Shown here piece after piece: positions 1 to 8,874 of a stretch of 32,000 nucleotides of DNA. The translations under genes and the position numbers were made by a program. The first letter of the stretch is position 1, and each line of letters begins with the position of its first letter. Below the pieces are notes generated by a model, which was given only the letters and a program-made list of their open reading frames with translations, was not told the origin of the DNA and did no database searches. The DNA comes from Telmatocola sphagniphila. GTDB lineage: Bacteria > Planctomycetota > Planctomycetia > Gemmatales > Gemmataceae. The stretch lies in assembly GCF_018398935.1 (NCBI RefSeq), contig NZ_CP074694.1, forward strand, positions 1,470,001 through 1,502,000, in the 5' to 3' direction.

Positions 1-94
1 GGAATGATACGTGGAGCGGATTACGGCGACTGATTCTATTAGCGACTAAACTTCAAGGTACGCACAGCCAAGAATCGTGCGAAAGGTGAGAATT

Positions 95-1399
95 ATGAAC
101 ACAATACAACCGCTTTCACGCCGATCTTTTTTGAAGGGTGTGGGCGTCAGCATGGCTTTGCCCTGGCTGGAGTCCGTTCCTGTTTGGGGGGATGATAAAC
201 AAAAAAATTCAGCTTCTGAACCTCCAGTCCGATTTGCATGCCTCTTTTCCGGTAACGGCTTCCATTCCCGAGAATGGTGGGCGAAGGGCGAAGGTAAGGA
301 TATGCAACTGGGGAAAGTTCTGGATCCTCTGCTGCCGCACCGCGACAAAGTGCTATTCTTGCGAGGGTTATACAATCAGGAAGCATTGATTGGTGGTATA
401 CATAGCTGCCAGACGGGAAACCTGCTGACGGGAGCTCACCTCTCTCCCGCGGGCGAAATCAAATCGGGTGTCAGCTGCGATCAGGTCGTAGCCGAGCGCA
501 TGAAATCGCAGACTAAAGTTCCGAGCCTTGTTCTTGGGTGCGAACCTTCCATCGCGGCCATTCACAAAAATTATTCGATGATTTATAGCTCGCACATTTC
601 CTGGAGCTCTCCTACCACTCCCACACCGTTGGAACTCTACCCGAGCTTGGCTTTCGATCGGTTGTTCCGAGATCAGGTGGGACGCGCCGACAAAAGCGTG
701 CTGGATGCCGTGATCGAAGACTCCAATGGTTTACGCAAAAATATCAGTAAGTCGGATCAGCATCGACTCGATGAATATTTATCGTCCGTTCGGGAAGTGG
801 AGCAACGGATCGATCAGGCAGGCAAAGCGGGACGGCTTCAAGGATGGCGACCCACCCTCACGAAACCCGATATTCCTCGTCCGGCAGATGGCGTTCCGCA
901 GGATATCGACCAGCATATGCGGCTGATGTGCGATATTATGGTGCTGGCTTTCCGAACCGATACGACTCGCGTTTGCACGCTGAAATTGAATAACGATCAC
1001 TCCTCGCTGCGATTTCCGCATCTGAAAGTCGATTACATGATCCACCACCTATTGTCGCACACGGACGGTGACGACTGGTTGAAGGTCAATCGTTTTTTCC
1101 TGCAGCAACTCGCTTATATCGCCGATAAGCTCGATAAAGTTCAGGAGGGCGAGAGGACCTTACTCGACAACAGTATGATTCTCTACTGTTCGAGTATGAT
1201 GACGGGGAATCACAACAACGATCAACTCCCCGTGGTCATGGTCGGTCGCGGGGGAGGTCAGATCAAAACGGGCAGAATTCTCGATTACTCGAATAAGCCG
1301 AATCGCAAAATGTGCAGCCTGTATCTCTCGATGATGGACAAATCCGGCGTTCATCTGGATAGCTTTGGCGATTCAAAAGAGCGATTGGCGGAAATTTGA
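95..1399 (+). CDS. DUF1552 domain-containing protein (Tat-type signal)
   Basis: ORF 77..1399. I prefer the ATG at 95 (AAGGTGA sits 6 nt upstream; 77 is GTG). The N-terminus SRRSFLKGVGVSMALPWL is twin-arginine-like. Family-typical blocks are present: SCDQVVAERM, SVLDAVIED, LDEYLSSVREVEQRI, AFRTDTTRVCT, HHLLSHTDG, QLPVVMVGRGGG. Confidence 0.85.
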   Translation: MNTIQPLSRRSFLKGVGVSMALPWLESVPVWGDDKQKNSASEPPVRFACLFSGNGFHSREWWAKGEGKDMQLGKVLDPLLPHRDKVLFLRGLYNQEALIGGIHSCQTGNLLTGAHLSPAGEIKSGVSCDQVVAERMKSQTKVPSLVLGCEPSIAAIHKNYSMIYSSHISWSSPTTPTPLELYPSLAFDRLFRDQVGRADKSVLDAVIEDSNGLRKNISKSDQHRLDEYLSSVREVEQRIDQAGKAGRLQGWRPTLTKPDIPRPADGVPQDIDQHMRLMCDIMVLAFRTDTTRVCTLKLNNDHSSLRFPHLKVDYMIHHLLSHTDGDDWLKVNRFFLQQLAYIADKLDKVQEGERTLLDNSMILYCSSMMTGNHNNDQLPVVMVGRGGGQIKTGRILDYSNKPNRKMCSLYLSMMDKSGVHLDSFGDSKERLAEI

Positions 1400-1411
1400 T
1401 AGTTTGGAAGT

Positions 1412-2170
1412 TCACTGAGCGGTCCAACCGCCATCGATGACCAGGGTTTGGCCCGTGATGTTGCGGGCTAACGGACTGATCAGAAAATTCACAGCCCATA
1501 CTAACTCTTCTATTTCTATGAATCGCTTTTTGGGACAGGGCGCCAGCATGACTTTCTCGACAACTTCCTGTTCCGAAATGTTTCTCGTTCGGGCTTGATC
1601 GGCAATCTGCTTCTCTACCAAAGCGGTTCGGACATAGGCAGGGCAGAGGACGTTGCTGGTGATATCGCAGTTGCCAGTTTCCAAAGCCACCGTCTTGGAA
1701 AAGCCGACAATTGCATGTTTGGCCGCGACGTAAGCGGATTTGAAGGGCGATGCCACCAGAGAATGGATGGAGCCGATGTGAATCAATCGGCCGAAGCCCC
1801 GCTCGCGCATTCCGGGCAACAACGCCTGTGTCATCTGAAAAGTTCCTTTCACCATAACAGAGGTGAGCAGATCCCATTTTTCGATGGGAAATTCTTCCAG
1901 AGTGGAGATGCACTGCAATCCCGCGTTGTTAATTAGAACGCTGATAGGCCAGTTTTGAGCCAGCATTTGTGAAATCTGTGTTAAGTCCGTCACGTCGAGT
2001 CCCAGCGCTTCCGCTTGGTGCCCTTGATTTCGAACGATATCGCAAGTTTCCTGCGCGGCCTCTGTCCGGAAATCGGTTATCCCAACGAAATGTCCTTGGG
2101 CGGCTAGACTTACGGCAAGGCCGCGACCGATACCACTCCCCGCGCCGGTAATCAGGATTGTCGGTTTCAT
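1412..2170 (-). CDS. SDR family oxidoreductase, 3-hydroxybutyrate dehydrogenase-like
   Basis: 252 aa with an ATG start. It has the Rossmann motif TGAGSGIG, NNAG, the catalytic S...YVAAK, and the stretch LCPAYVRTALVEKQI...GQTLVIDGGWTAQ, which closely resembles classical BdhA-type enzymes. Confidence 0.88.
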   Translation of the reverse strand: MKPTILITGAGSGIGRGLAVSLAAQGHFVGITDFRTEAAQETCDIVRNQGHQAEALGLDVTDLTQISQMLAQNWPISVLINNAGLQCISTLEEFPIEKWDLLTSVMVKGTFQMTQALLPGMRERGFGRLIHIGSIHSLVASPFKSAYVAAKHAIVGFSKTVALETGNCDITSNVLCPAYVRTALVEKQIADQARTRNISEQEVVEKVMLAPCPKKRFIEIEELVWAVNFLISPLARNITGQTLVIDGGWTAQ

Positions 2171-2395
2171 TATTCAGAACCATGGAAAAAAGGAATTTTT
2201 TGTGTTCAGAAAGATGGTTTATCCATCGCGATCCAGATCCAGGAATTTTTTTCTCAAATTAATTCTTTACTTGACTCGAATGATATTTAGGAGGACACTC
2301 TGATTTAATAACAATGTGTGTCGAAACCTCGCTCTCCAACCCAGCTACAGCCTTTTTCCTGCAAAGGCTGAACTCGCTATGCTGAGAGGTGATAG

Positions 2396-4036
2396 ATGCC
2401 GAAGCAGATACTTGTTCTGGATGCCACCAACCGATCCCATTTTTTTCTAGCACTCAAAGACGGGAAATTGAGTGCCGGTGGTAGCATCGATCAACCGGAG
2501 ATCGTACTCTCCAATCTAAAAATTCTTAATCTGGAATGCGAGGTAGAACTCGAAGACGAACCTATTGTCGTCTCCAGCAGCACAAATAAGAATCTGGCCG
2601 ATCTGGGAGCGGATTTGCAACCGAATTCCAAATGGCAATTCGAACATCTGGAAATCCTCTACCGAAAAAACACCCGTGCAGAAATAGTTCCCGAAGGCAA
2701 CCGAAACGCCTCCAAAAACGGCACCGATACGAATAAACCCCTGCGTAAGCGTTTATTGGTGATCGAAGGAGCCGACAGCGGGAAAGCCTTCCCTCTGAAT
2801 GATCCGGGCCGAACGACGATAGGAAACAATCAAAAAACAGCCGATATCGTTTTGCACGACCTTTATGTGGCCCGAATGCACTGCGAAATTCTGGTGAAGG
2901 ACGATCGGATCACCGTAACGCATCTGGTGGGTAAAGGCGGCACGCTCGTCAATACTCAGGAAGTGATGCAAGCGGATTTGCAAATCGGAGACGTGCTTCG
3001 AGTCGGCAACACGCAACTTCGTTACGACATCGGCGTAGTCGATACGCCGATAAAGGGGGATGCCGATAAGGATCTCAAGCTCACCGATACACCGTCCACG
3101 GATTTGAAAGATCCTATCGTTCAGACAGGCACGGATCTAAACCCACCTCTTCCCGCCGATGCGGATTCCGACCCGATTCTCAAGCTGACCGGTCAAAAGA
3201 TTGGCCATTTCATCCTGGAATCGCTGCTCGGCCGCGGCCTGACCAGCGCGGTTTATAAAGCCAAGGATTGCAAAACCGATGAGATCGTGACTCTGAAGGT
3301 GATGTCGAGCGAGTTTCCCGATAATGACACGGAACTTCAGAATTTCATCAAAGCTCTGCGAGTGGTTGCTCCTTTGCGACACGCCCATCTGGTGAGCTTA
3401 TTCACGGCTGGAAAATCCGGGCATCTCTGTTGGATTGCCCGGGAATATATCGAAGGTGAAAATCTCGGTTCGCTCATCGAACGGCAAGTGCGTGAGGGGA
3501 AACATCGCTGGAAGAATGCCTGTCGATTAGCCATTCACCTCGGAAGAGTGCTCGACTACCTCGAACAGCGTAAGGTGGTTCACGCCAATCTTATTCCCGC
3601 TAACGTACTGATCGAGAGCGAAACCAAAAATGCGAAACTTGCGGATTTGATGTTGGATCAGGCCATTGCCGGTTCGCAACTCGGTAAATCAATTCTCGAG
3701 AAGCAGCATATGCTCGAAATAGGTTATCGGGCTCCGGAGCAACTTAAAGAGTTGCAGCCGGTGGACAATTGCTCGAACATGTATGCGCTCGGGGCCATGC
3801 TCTACACGATGATCACGGGTTCGACGCCATTCAAGGGCACGAACGCCGCGGATCTGATTCGGAATATGAAAGAGTCTCGTCCGGCAAAGCCAAGCCAGCA
3901 AGTTCGAGAGCTGCCATTACATTTCGAAAATGCCATCTTCAAGCTTCTCGCGTTTAATCGCGAGGAACGCTTTCAATGTGCAGCCGAATTTCTGGAAATC
4001 GTCGAACCTTTGGCACACATGCACGAAGTGATTTGA
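2396..4036 (+). CDS. FHA domain-containing Ser/Thr protein kinase-like protein (predicted pseudokinase)
   Basis: 546 aa, with GAGAGG upstream of the ATG. The FHA core is LLVIEGADSGKAFPLNDPGRTTIGNNQKTADIVLHDLYVARMHCEIL...GTLVN...LQIGDVLRVGNTQLRY. The Hanks-type kinase fold has LGRGLTSAVYKA, VTLKVM, YRAPE and a C-terminal R. The catalytic loop is HANLIPAN instead of HRDLKPxN. Confidence 0.85.
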   Translation: MPKQILVLDATNRSHFFLALKDGKLSAGGSIDQPEIVLSNLKILNLECEVELEDEPIVVSSSTNKNLADLGADLQPNSKWQFEHLEILYRKNTRAEIVPEGNRNASKNGTDTNKPLRKRLLVIEGADSGKAFPLNDPGRTTIGNNQKTADIVLHDLYVARMHCEILVKDDRITVTHLVGKGGTLVNTQEVMQADLQIGDVLRVGNTQLRYDIGVVDTPIKGDADKDLKLTDTPSTDLKDPIVQTGTDLNPPLPADADSDPILKLTGQKIGHFILESLLGRGLTSAVYKAKDCKTDEIVTLKVMSSEFPDNDTELQNFIKALRVVAPLRHAHLVSLFTAGKSGHLCWIAREYIEGENLGSLIERQVREGKHRWKNACRLAIHLGRVLDYLEQRKVVHANLIPANVLIESETKNAKLADLMLDQAIAGSQLGKSILEKQHMLEIGYRAPEQLKELQPVDNCSNMYALGAMLYTMITGSTPFKGTNAADLIRNMKESRPAKPSQQVRELPLHFENAIFKLLAFNREERFQCAAEFLEIVEPLAHMHEVI

Positions 4037-4042
4037 AGCACG

Positions 4043-4066
4043 AGGGAGGAGCATGTGCTCCGCCCT
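4043..4066. terminator. Hairpin between convergent genes (candidate bidirectional terminator)
   Basis: AGGGAGGAGCA-tg-TGCTCCGCCCT forms an 11-bp stem with one mismatch. It lies 7 nt after the kinase-like stop and 7 nt before the DUF1501 stop. Only a weak T-run (tatgtctt) follows on the + strand. A hairpin this size is not far above chance in 32 kb, so the position is the main support. Confidence 0.4.
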
Positions 4067-4072
4067 TATGTC

Positions 4073-5518
4073 TTAACTTAATGCCTGCTTCACAAGATTG
4101 CCGTGGACATCGGTAAGTCGGAAATCCCGTCCCTGATAACGATAAGTCAATCGTTCGTGTTCGACGCCCATCAGATGCAATATCGTCGCATTCAAATCGT
4201 GAACGTGAACGGGATCTTTTGTCACGTTATAGCAGAAATCATCCGTCTCCCCGATCACTGTCCCCTTCTTGATGCCTGCCCCCGCTAATAACGTGGTAAA
4301 ACAACGCGGATGGTGATCGCGGCCGTAATCCGTCGAAGTAAGCGAGCCCTGCGAATAGATCGTCCGGCCGAACTCTCCTCCCCACACTATCAGAGTGTCT
4401 TCTAAAAGGCCCTTCTGTTTCAGGTCGGTGATGAGGGCTGCGGTCGCCTGGTCGGTATCTCTACATTGGCCTCGAATTGCATTCGGAAGACCGCCATGAT
4501 GATCCCACCCCATGTGAAACAGTTGCACAAAACGGACGTTTCTTTCGGCCAGCCGCCGTGCCAGCAGGCAGTTCGCCGCGTAGCTGCCCGCTCGATGAAC
4601 GTCGGGGCCGTACATCTCGAGCGTTTTTTTGGATTCCTTGGATAAATCGAGCAGATCCGGCACGCTGGTCTGCATTCGAAACGCCATTTCGTACTGAGCG
4701 ATCCGAGTTTGAATTTCCGGATCTCCCAGCTTTTCAAATTGCTGGTTGTTCAGAGCGGCCAGTCGGTCGAGAGTCGATCGTCGGTCCTCTTTATCCATGC
4801 CTTGAGGATTCGAGAGATACAGAACCGCATCTCCCTTGTTGCGAAACTTGACGCCCTGATGTTTCGAGGGGAGAAATCCTGCACTCCAGAGTCGGTCGTA
4901 TAAGGGCTGATCGTCAGGTCGGCCGCTGCCGAACGAAGTCAACACCACGTAAGCCGGGAGATCCTTGTTCTCAGAACCCAGCCCATAGCTGAGCCAGGAG
5001 CCAATGCTTGGTCGACCAGCGAGCTGCGACCCGGTTTGAATGAAAGTAATGGCCGGGTCGTGATTGATGGCCTCGGTATTCATGCTGCGAATCATGCAGA
5101 ACTCATCGGCCACGTTGGACATATGCGGAAGGATTTCGCTCAACCACAGGCCGCTTTTCCCCTGCTGCTTGAACTTGAATATGCTCGGGGCAATAGGAAA
5201 TTTGGCTTGGCCGGAGGTCATTGTGGTTAAACGCTGACCCATCCGAATACTCGCCGGCAGATCTTCGCCTCGCCGTTTCTCCATCTGTGGTTTAGGATCG
5301 AAAAGATCCATCTGAGAAGGAGCGCCGGACTGGAATAAGTAAATGATGCGTTTGGCTTTCGCCGGTATCTGGAAACTGTTATTTGTGCCCTGCCCTCTAA
5401 TATCCCTGTTCTGGCCCAGCAAGCTTGCCAGAGCGAGCGTACCCAAACCGCCGGCGCTGCGTTGGAGAAATATCCGTCGGTTGAGCCGATCTTGTATCTG
5501 CAGATTCTTATCGATCAT
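4073..5518 (-). CDS. DUF1501 domain-containing protein (sulfatase-fold, Tat signal)
   Basis: 481 aa; ATG with GGAG about 9 nt upstream. The signal is RRIFLQRSAGGLGTLALASLLG. Family blocks are present: IYLFQSGAPSQMDLFDPKP, MGWDHHG, VWGGEFGRT, GRDHHPRCFTTLLAGAGIKKG. It starts 22 nt after the upstream PSCyt gene stop. Confidence 0.9.
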   Translation of the reverse strand: MIDKNLQIQDRLNRRIFLQRSAGGLGTLALASLLGQNRDIRGQGTNNSFQIPAKAKRIIYLFQSGAPSQMDLFDPKPQMEKRRGEDLPASIRMGQRLTTMTSGQAKFPIAPSIFKFKQQGKSGLWLSEILPHMSNVADEFCMIRSMNTEAINHDPAITFIQTGSQLAGRPSIGSWLSYGLGSENKDLPAYVVLTSFGSGRPDDQPLYDRLWSAGFLPSKHQGVKFRNKGDAVLYLSNPQGMDKEDRRSTLDRLAALNNQQFEKLGDPEIQTRIAQYEMAFRMQTSVPDLLDLSKESKKTLEMYGPDVHRAGSYAANCLLARRLAERNVRFVQLFHMGWDHHGGLPNAIRGQCRDTDQATAALITDLKQKGLLEDTLIVWGGEFGRTIYSQGSLTSTDYGRDHHPRCFTTLLAGAGIKKGTVIGETDDFCYNVTKDPVHVHDLNATILHLMGVEHERLTYRYQGRDFRLTDVHGNLVKQALS

Positions 5519-5539
5519 CGGAAGACTCCGGTTTTTGCC

Positions 5540-8500
5540 TCAGCGGGAGACGACTTCGTCGAGGTTGAGTAACACGTTGGCGGTTAGAGTATACGCGGCA
5601 AGTTCCGCCGGATCGAGTTTTGGATTTCGAGCGGTCTTGCCGACTTTCAAAAGTTCTTCCGCGGAACTGGCTTTGTCGCGAAACTTTTGAAAATCCTTTT
5701 TCAAGCCATCCAGAAGAATCAGTTCTTCCTGAGGAGTTGGTTCTCGCGAAGTCGCCAGTCGGAAGCCATATCGAAGTCGCTCGGACGGGGTAGTTCCTCC
5801 CTCGAGTAGCATTCTTTCTGCGAACTTGCGGGAAGCTTCTACGAAGGTGATTTCATTCAGAAGGGAGAGTGCCTGGAGCGGTGTATTAGTCCGAGATCGC
5901 TTGACCGCGCAATACTCGCGACTGGGGGAGTCGAAAATCAGCATCGAAGGCGGCGCGGCGGTTCTTTTCCAGATTGTGTACAGCGATCTTCGATAAAGGC
6001 CTTCGCCGTTATCCGGTTTGTAGCCTCGCAAATCCCCATAACGACTGGTCTCGTCCCAAACTCCCTCGGGCATATAAGGACGCACGCTAGGGCCACCGAT
6101 TTTTTCGATCATTAAACCACTCACGAAAAGGGCCTGATCGCGCAAGACTTCACCGGAGAGCCGGAAACGCGGGCCACGCGCCAGCAGTCGATTTTCTGGA
6201 TCTTTCTCCAACAATTCCTTGGTCGTTTGCGCTGACTGCCGATAGGTAGCACTCAGCACCAAAAGTTTATGGAGGGCTTTCATGTCCCAATTATGTGCAG
6301 GTTCGCCGGCCACCTGAGGCAGATTTTCCGGCTTCATGAACTCGGCGGCCAGCCAATCTAGGAGTTCGGGGTGTGAAGGGAATTCTGCTTGAGAACCTAG
6401 ATTTTCCGATGTCTTGACCAGCCCGGTTCCGAAAAATCGCTCCCAGGCCCGATTTACCCAAACACGGGCCGTCAAGGGATTGCTATCCTGAACCATCCAT
6501 TTGGCGAGGCCAAGACGATTCATCGGCAATTTGGAGTCTGGTCGAGGCAGAGAAGCGGGCAAACCAGCCGACACCTGCTCTCCCTTTCGATCGTATTGAC
6601 CCCGGATCAACACGAAGGCATCGCGCGGGGTTGGCATTTCCTTCATGACCATGACACTAGGTTGCCTGGCTAGTAATTCCTGGCGCTTGGCTTTCAGGGC
6701 TTTGATTTGAGATTCCGTTTCTTGAATCGGACCCGAACCGAAAGAACGGAAGTACTTGGTCAATTCCGATTTTTGTGTATCGCTTCGTTTGGACTTATCG
6801 ATTTCCAGTATCTTTCGAATGTTCTCCGGAACTTGCGATCCCTTTAACCCTAAAGTACCGGCGGGAGCAGAAGAGGTGGAAAGTCGGAACTTCCCGATGT
6901 TATGGTTGTTTAGAGTCTCGTGTATCAGTTTTATTTTGATTGTGGCCTCAGCCGGGACTGATACCGATTGATCCGCAACCAGCATCACTTTACAATTCTG
7001 TTTGCGAGTAGGACCATCTACTGCCCAACCCGCCTGTCGATTATTGCCCACCAGATTGCTGGCTTCCCAACCCGCCTGCGAGTAGTCCGCCACCGCTTTA
7101 TTGAACTTGATTGAAATGGGCTTGTTCACGCCCGGCGCAGTAATCTCAGCTGTTACAGTCGAGAGTACGTAGTTCCCATTCGAATAGCGACCTAGGCTCT
7201 GCTGAGGTAAACTCGGATCGACGAATGTCTCCAAGAGCAATCCTGTAAAATTTCCAGCATTGAGCGGGGCAACGATTTCATAAGTGTCGTGAACGGGGTT
7301 CGGACCACTCGCTAGATAAGAGCCATCCGGTTGAAGAGTGAGTTTGGCATTGCCGGAGGATCGAACCGAAGAAGAGGCGAGAATTTTCCAAACCGATTCT
7401 TGTGATTTTAACTGAGATTTGAAGCTTTTTTCCCATCCGGACTCGTGCTTGCTCAGTTCGGCCAACTGCAGATTCAATTTCGATTGAAATTCTTTTTCCT
7501 GCACTTCGAAAGCCTGAAGTTCTGCCTCTGTTGCCTGGGAGGAAACGGAAATCACAGGTTCCGTATTCCGCGCATCCCCTTGTAAAATACCAGATTCCGA
7601 GTTGTTATTGAAGAAGGCGAAAAATTGGTAAAACTCTTTTTGGGAAATCGGATCGAATTTATGATCGTGACATCGGCAGCAGTTGAAGGTCAGGCCGAGC
7701 CAGGTGGAACCGGTAGTTTCAACTCGATCGATCACGGTTTCAATCCGCCATTCTTCCGCAATCAAGCCCCCTTCCCCGTTCAACCGATGGTTTCTGTTAA
7801 AACCAGTGGCTACGATCTGATCGGGCCGAGCGTTCGGGCGCAAATCGCCGGCGATTTGATCGATGGTGAACTCGTTGAAGGGCTCATTGGAATTGAAAGC
7901 CTTGATCACCCAGTCACGCCAAGGCCATTGAAAACGGCTACTGTCCGTCTGGAACCCATTACTGTCGGCATAACGGGCGAAATCGAGCCATTGGGCGGCC
8001 ATATGTTCCCCATAACGAGGAGACTTCAGGAGCCGATCTACTACCCGCTCATAGGCATCGGCCGATTTATCTTGGAGAAAATCGTCAACTTCCTTGGGTG
8101 TCGGAGGTAATCCCGTGAGATCCAGCGACACTCGTCGGATCAAGGTTTCTCGACTCGCTTCGGGCATGGGCTTCAAATTTTCCCTCGCCAATCGCGCTCG
8201 AATAAATCGATCCACCGGGTGCGAAAGACCGGCGATGTCTGGCACCTTCGGTTTTTGCACCGATTGGAAGGCCCAATGGCCGGCATAAGTCGCTCCGGAA
8301 TCAATCCATTTCGTTAAAAGCTGAATTTGTTGGGCACTGAGATTTTTCCCCAGGCTAGGTGGCGGCATCTGGACTTCGCTATCGCCGCTCGTGATGCGAT
8401 GGATCAGTTCGCTGTTTTGTATTTGCTTGGGAACGATCGCGGCTTTTCCGGAATCCAGTTTGGCAAGAGCGCTTTCCCTTGTATCGAGTCGCAGACCGGC

Positions 8501-8650
8501 TTTCCGCTTAGATTCGTCCGGGCCATGACATTGAAAGCAGTGATCGGAAAGTATGGGACGGATGTCGCGATTAAAATTGACCGTCTCTTCAGCGGATGCG
8601 CGAGATGCAAAAGTCAGTGGAAGAATTAAAACGAGCACTCGAACCAGCAT
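5540..8650 (-). CDS. PSCyt1/DUF1549/DUF1553 domain-containing protein (planctomycete cytochrome c family)
   Basis: The ORF runs to 8713, but the Met at 8650 begins a clean signal peptide, MLVRVLVLILPLTFASRASA. The heme motif CFQCHGPDESKRKAGLRLD lies at 8525..8539. The DUF1549 block is HWAF...VDRFI...LTGLPPTPKEVDDF...PRYGEHMAAQWLDFARYADSNG. The DUF1553 block is RVWVNRAWERFFGTGLV...HPELLDWLA...SATYRQS. Confidence 0.9.
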   Translation of the reverse strand: MLVRVLVLILPLTFASRASAEETVNFNRDIRPILSDHCFQCHGPDESKRKAGLRLDTRESALAKLDSGKAAIVPKQIQNSELIHRITSGDSEVQMPPPSLGKNLSAQQIQLLTKWIDSGATYAGHWAFQSVQKPKVPDIAGLSHPVDRFIRARLARENLKPMPEASRETLIRRVSLDLTGLPPTPKEVDDFLQDKSADAYERVVDRLLKSPRYGEHMAAQWLDFARYADSNGFQTDSSRFQWPWRDWVIKAFNSNEPFNEFTIDQIAGDLRPNARPDQIVATGFNRNHRLNGEGGLIAEEWRIETVIDRVETTGSTWLGLTFNCCRCHDHKFDPISQKEFYQFFAFFNNNSESGILQGDARNTEPVISVSSQATEAELQAFEVQEKEFQSKLNLQLAELSKHESGWEKSFKSQLKSQESVWKILASSSVRSSGNAKLTLQPDGSYLASGPNPVHDTYEIVAPLNAGNFTGLLLETFVDPSLPQQSLGRYSNGNYVLSTVTAEITAPGVNKPISIKFNKAVADYSQAGWEASNLVGNNRQAGWAVDGPTRKQNCKVMLVADQSVSVPAEATIKIKLIHETLNNHNIGKFRLSTSSAPAGTLGLKGSQVPENIRKILEIDKSKRSDTQKSELTKYFRSFGSGPIQETESQIKALKAKRQELLARQPSVMVMKEMPTPRDAFVLIRGQYDRKGEQVSAGLPASLPRPDSKLPMNRLGLAKWMVQDSNPLTARVWVNRAWERFFGTGLVKTSENLGSQAEFPSHPELLDWLAAEFMKPENLPQVAGEPAHNWDMKALHKLLVLSATYRQSAQTTKELLEKDPENRLLARGPRFRLSGEVLRDQALFVSGLMIEKIGGPSVRPYMPEGVWDETSRYGDLRGYKPDNGEGLYRRSLYTIWKRTAAPPSMLIFDSPSREYCAVKRSRTNTPLQALSLLNEITFVEASRKFAERMLLEGGTTPSERLRYGFRLATSREPTPQEELILLDGLKKDFQKFRDKASSAEELLKVGKTARNPKLDPAELAAYTLTANVLLNLDEVVSR

Positions 8651-8874
8651 GAAAAAACCTCGATGAACAGTCCAAGGTAAGAAAAGCGATCGCAGGTTGT
8701 CGGAGAAAACCATCGTGGCGGCGGGAGAACTACTCGAATTAAAAAGCCAATGACTGAGGTTCGAATAGCTCTATCAGCAGTCTGACATGCTGCATGCCAC
8801 TGCAATCGATTTTAGCCGAAAGAAGCTTACCCTGTAGCGTGAAAATGGCAATAGTGGACGATTTTTGGTGATCG

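Noticed and set aside
1263-1913. 216-aa minus-strand ORF overlapping the SDR gene
   Set aside because: It is out of frame with, and nested in, the strongly supported SDR CDS (1412..2170). The product is Arg/Gly/Ser-rich with no motif, which is typical of an alternate-frame artefact.
7625-8110. 161-aa plus-strand ORF antisense to the PSCyt/DUF1549 gene
   Set aside because: It lies entirely inside a well-supported minus-strand CDS, and I recognise no motif.
8758-8766. GGTTCGAAT, a tRNA T-loop-like motif in the intergenic region
   Set aside because: The flanking 5-nt segments (TGAGG / AGCTC) cannot pair as a T-stem, and I could not build an acceptor or anticodon arm.
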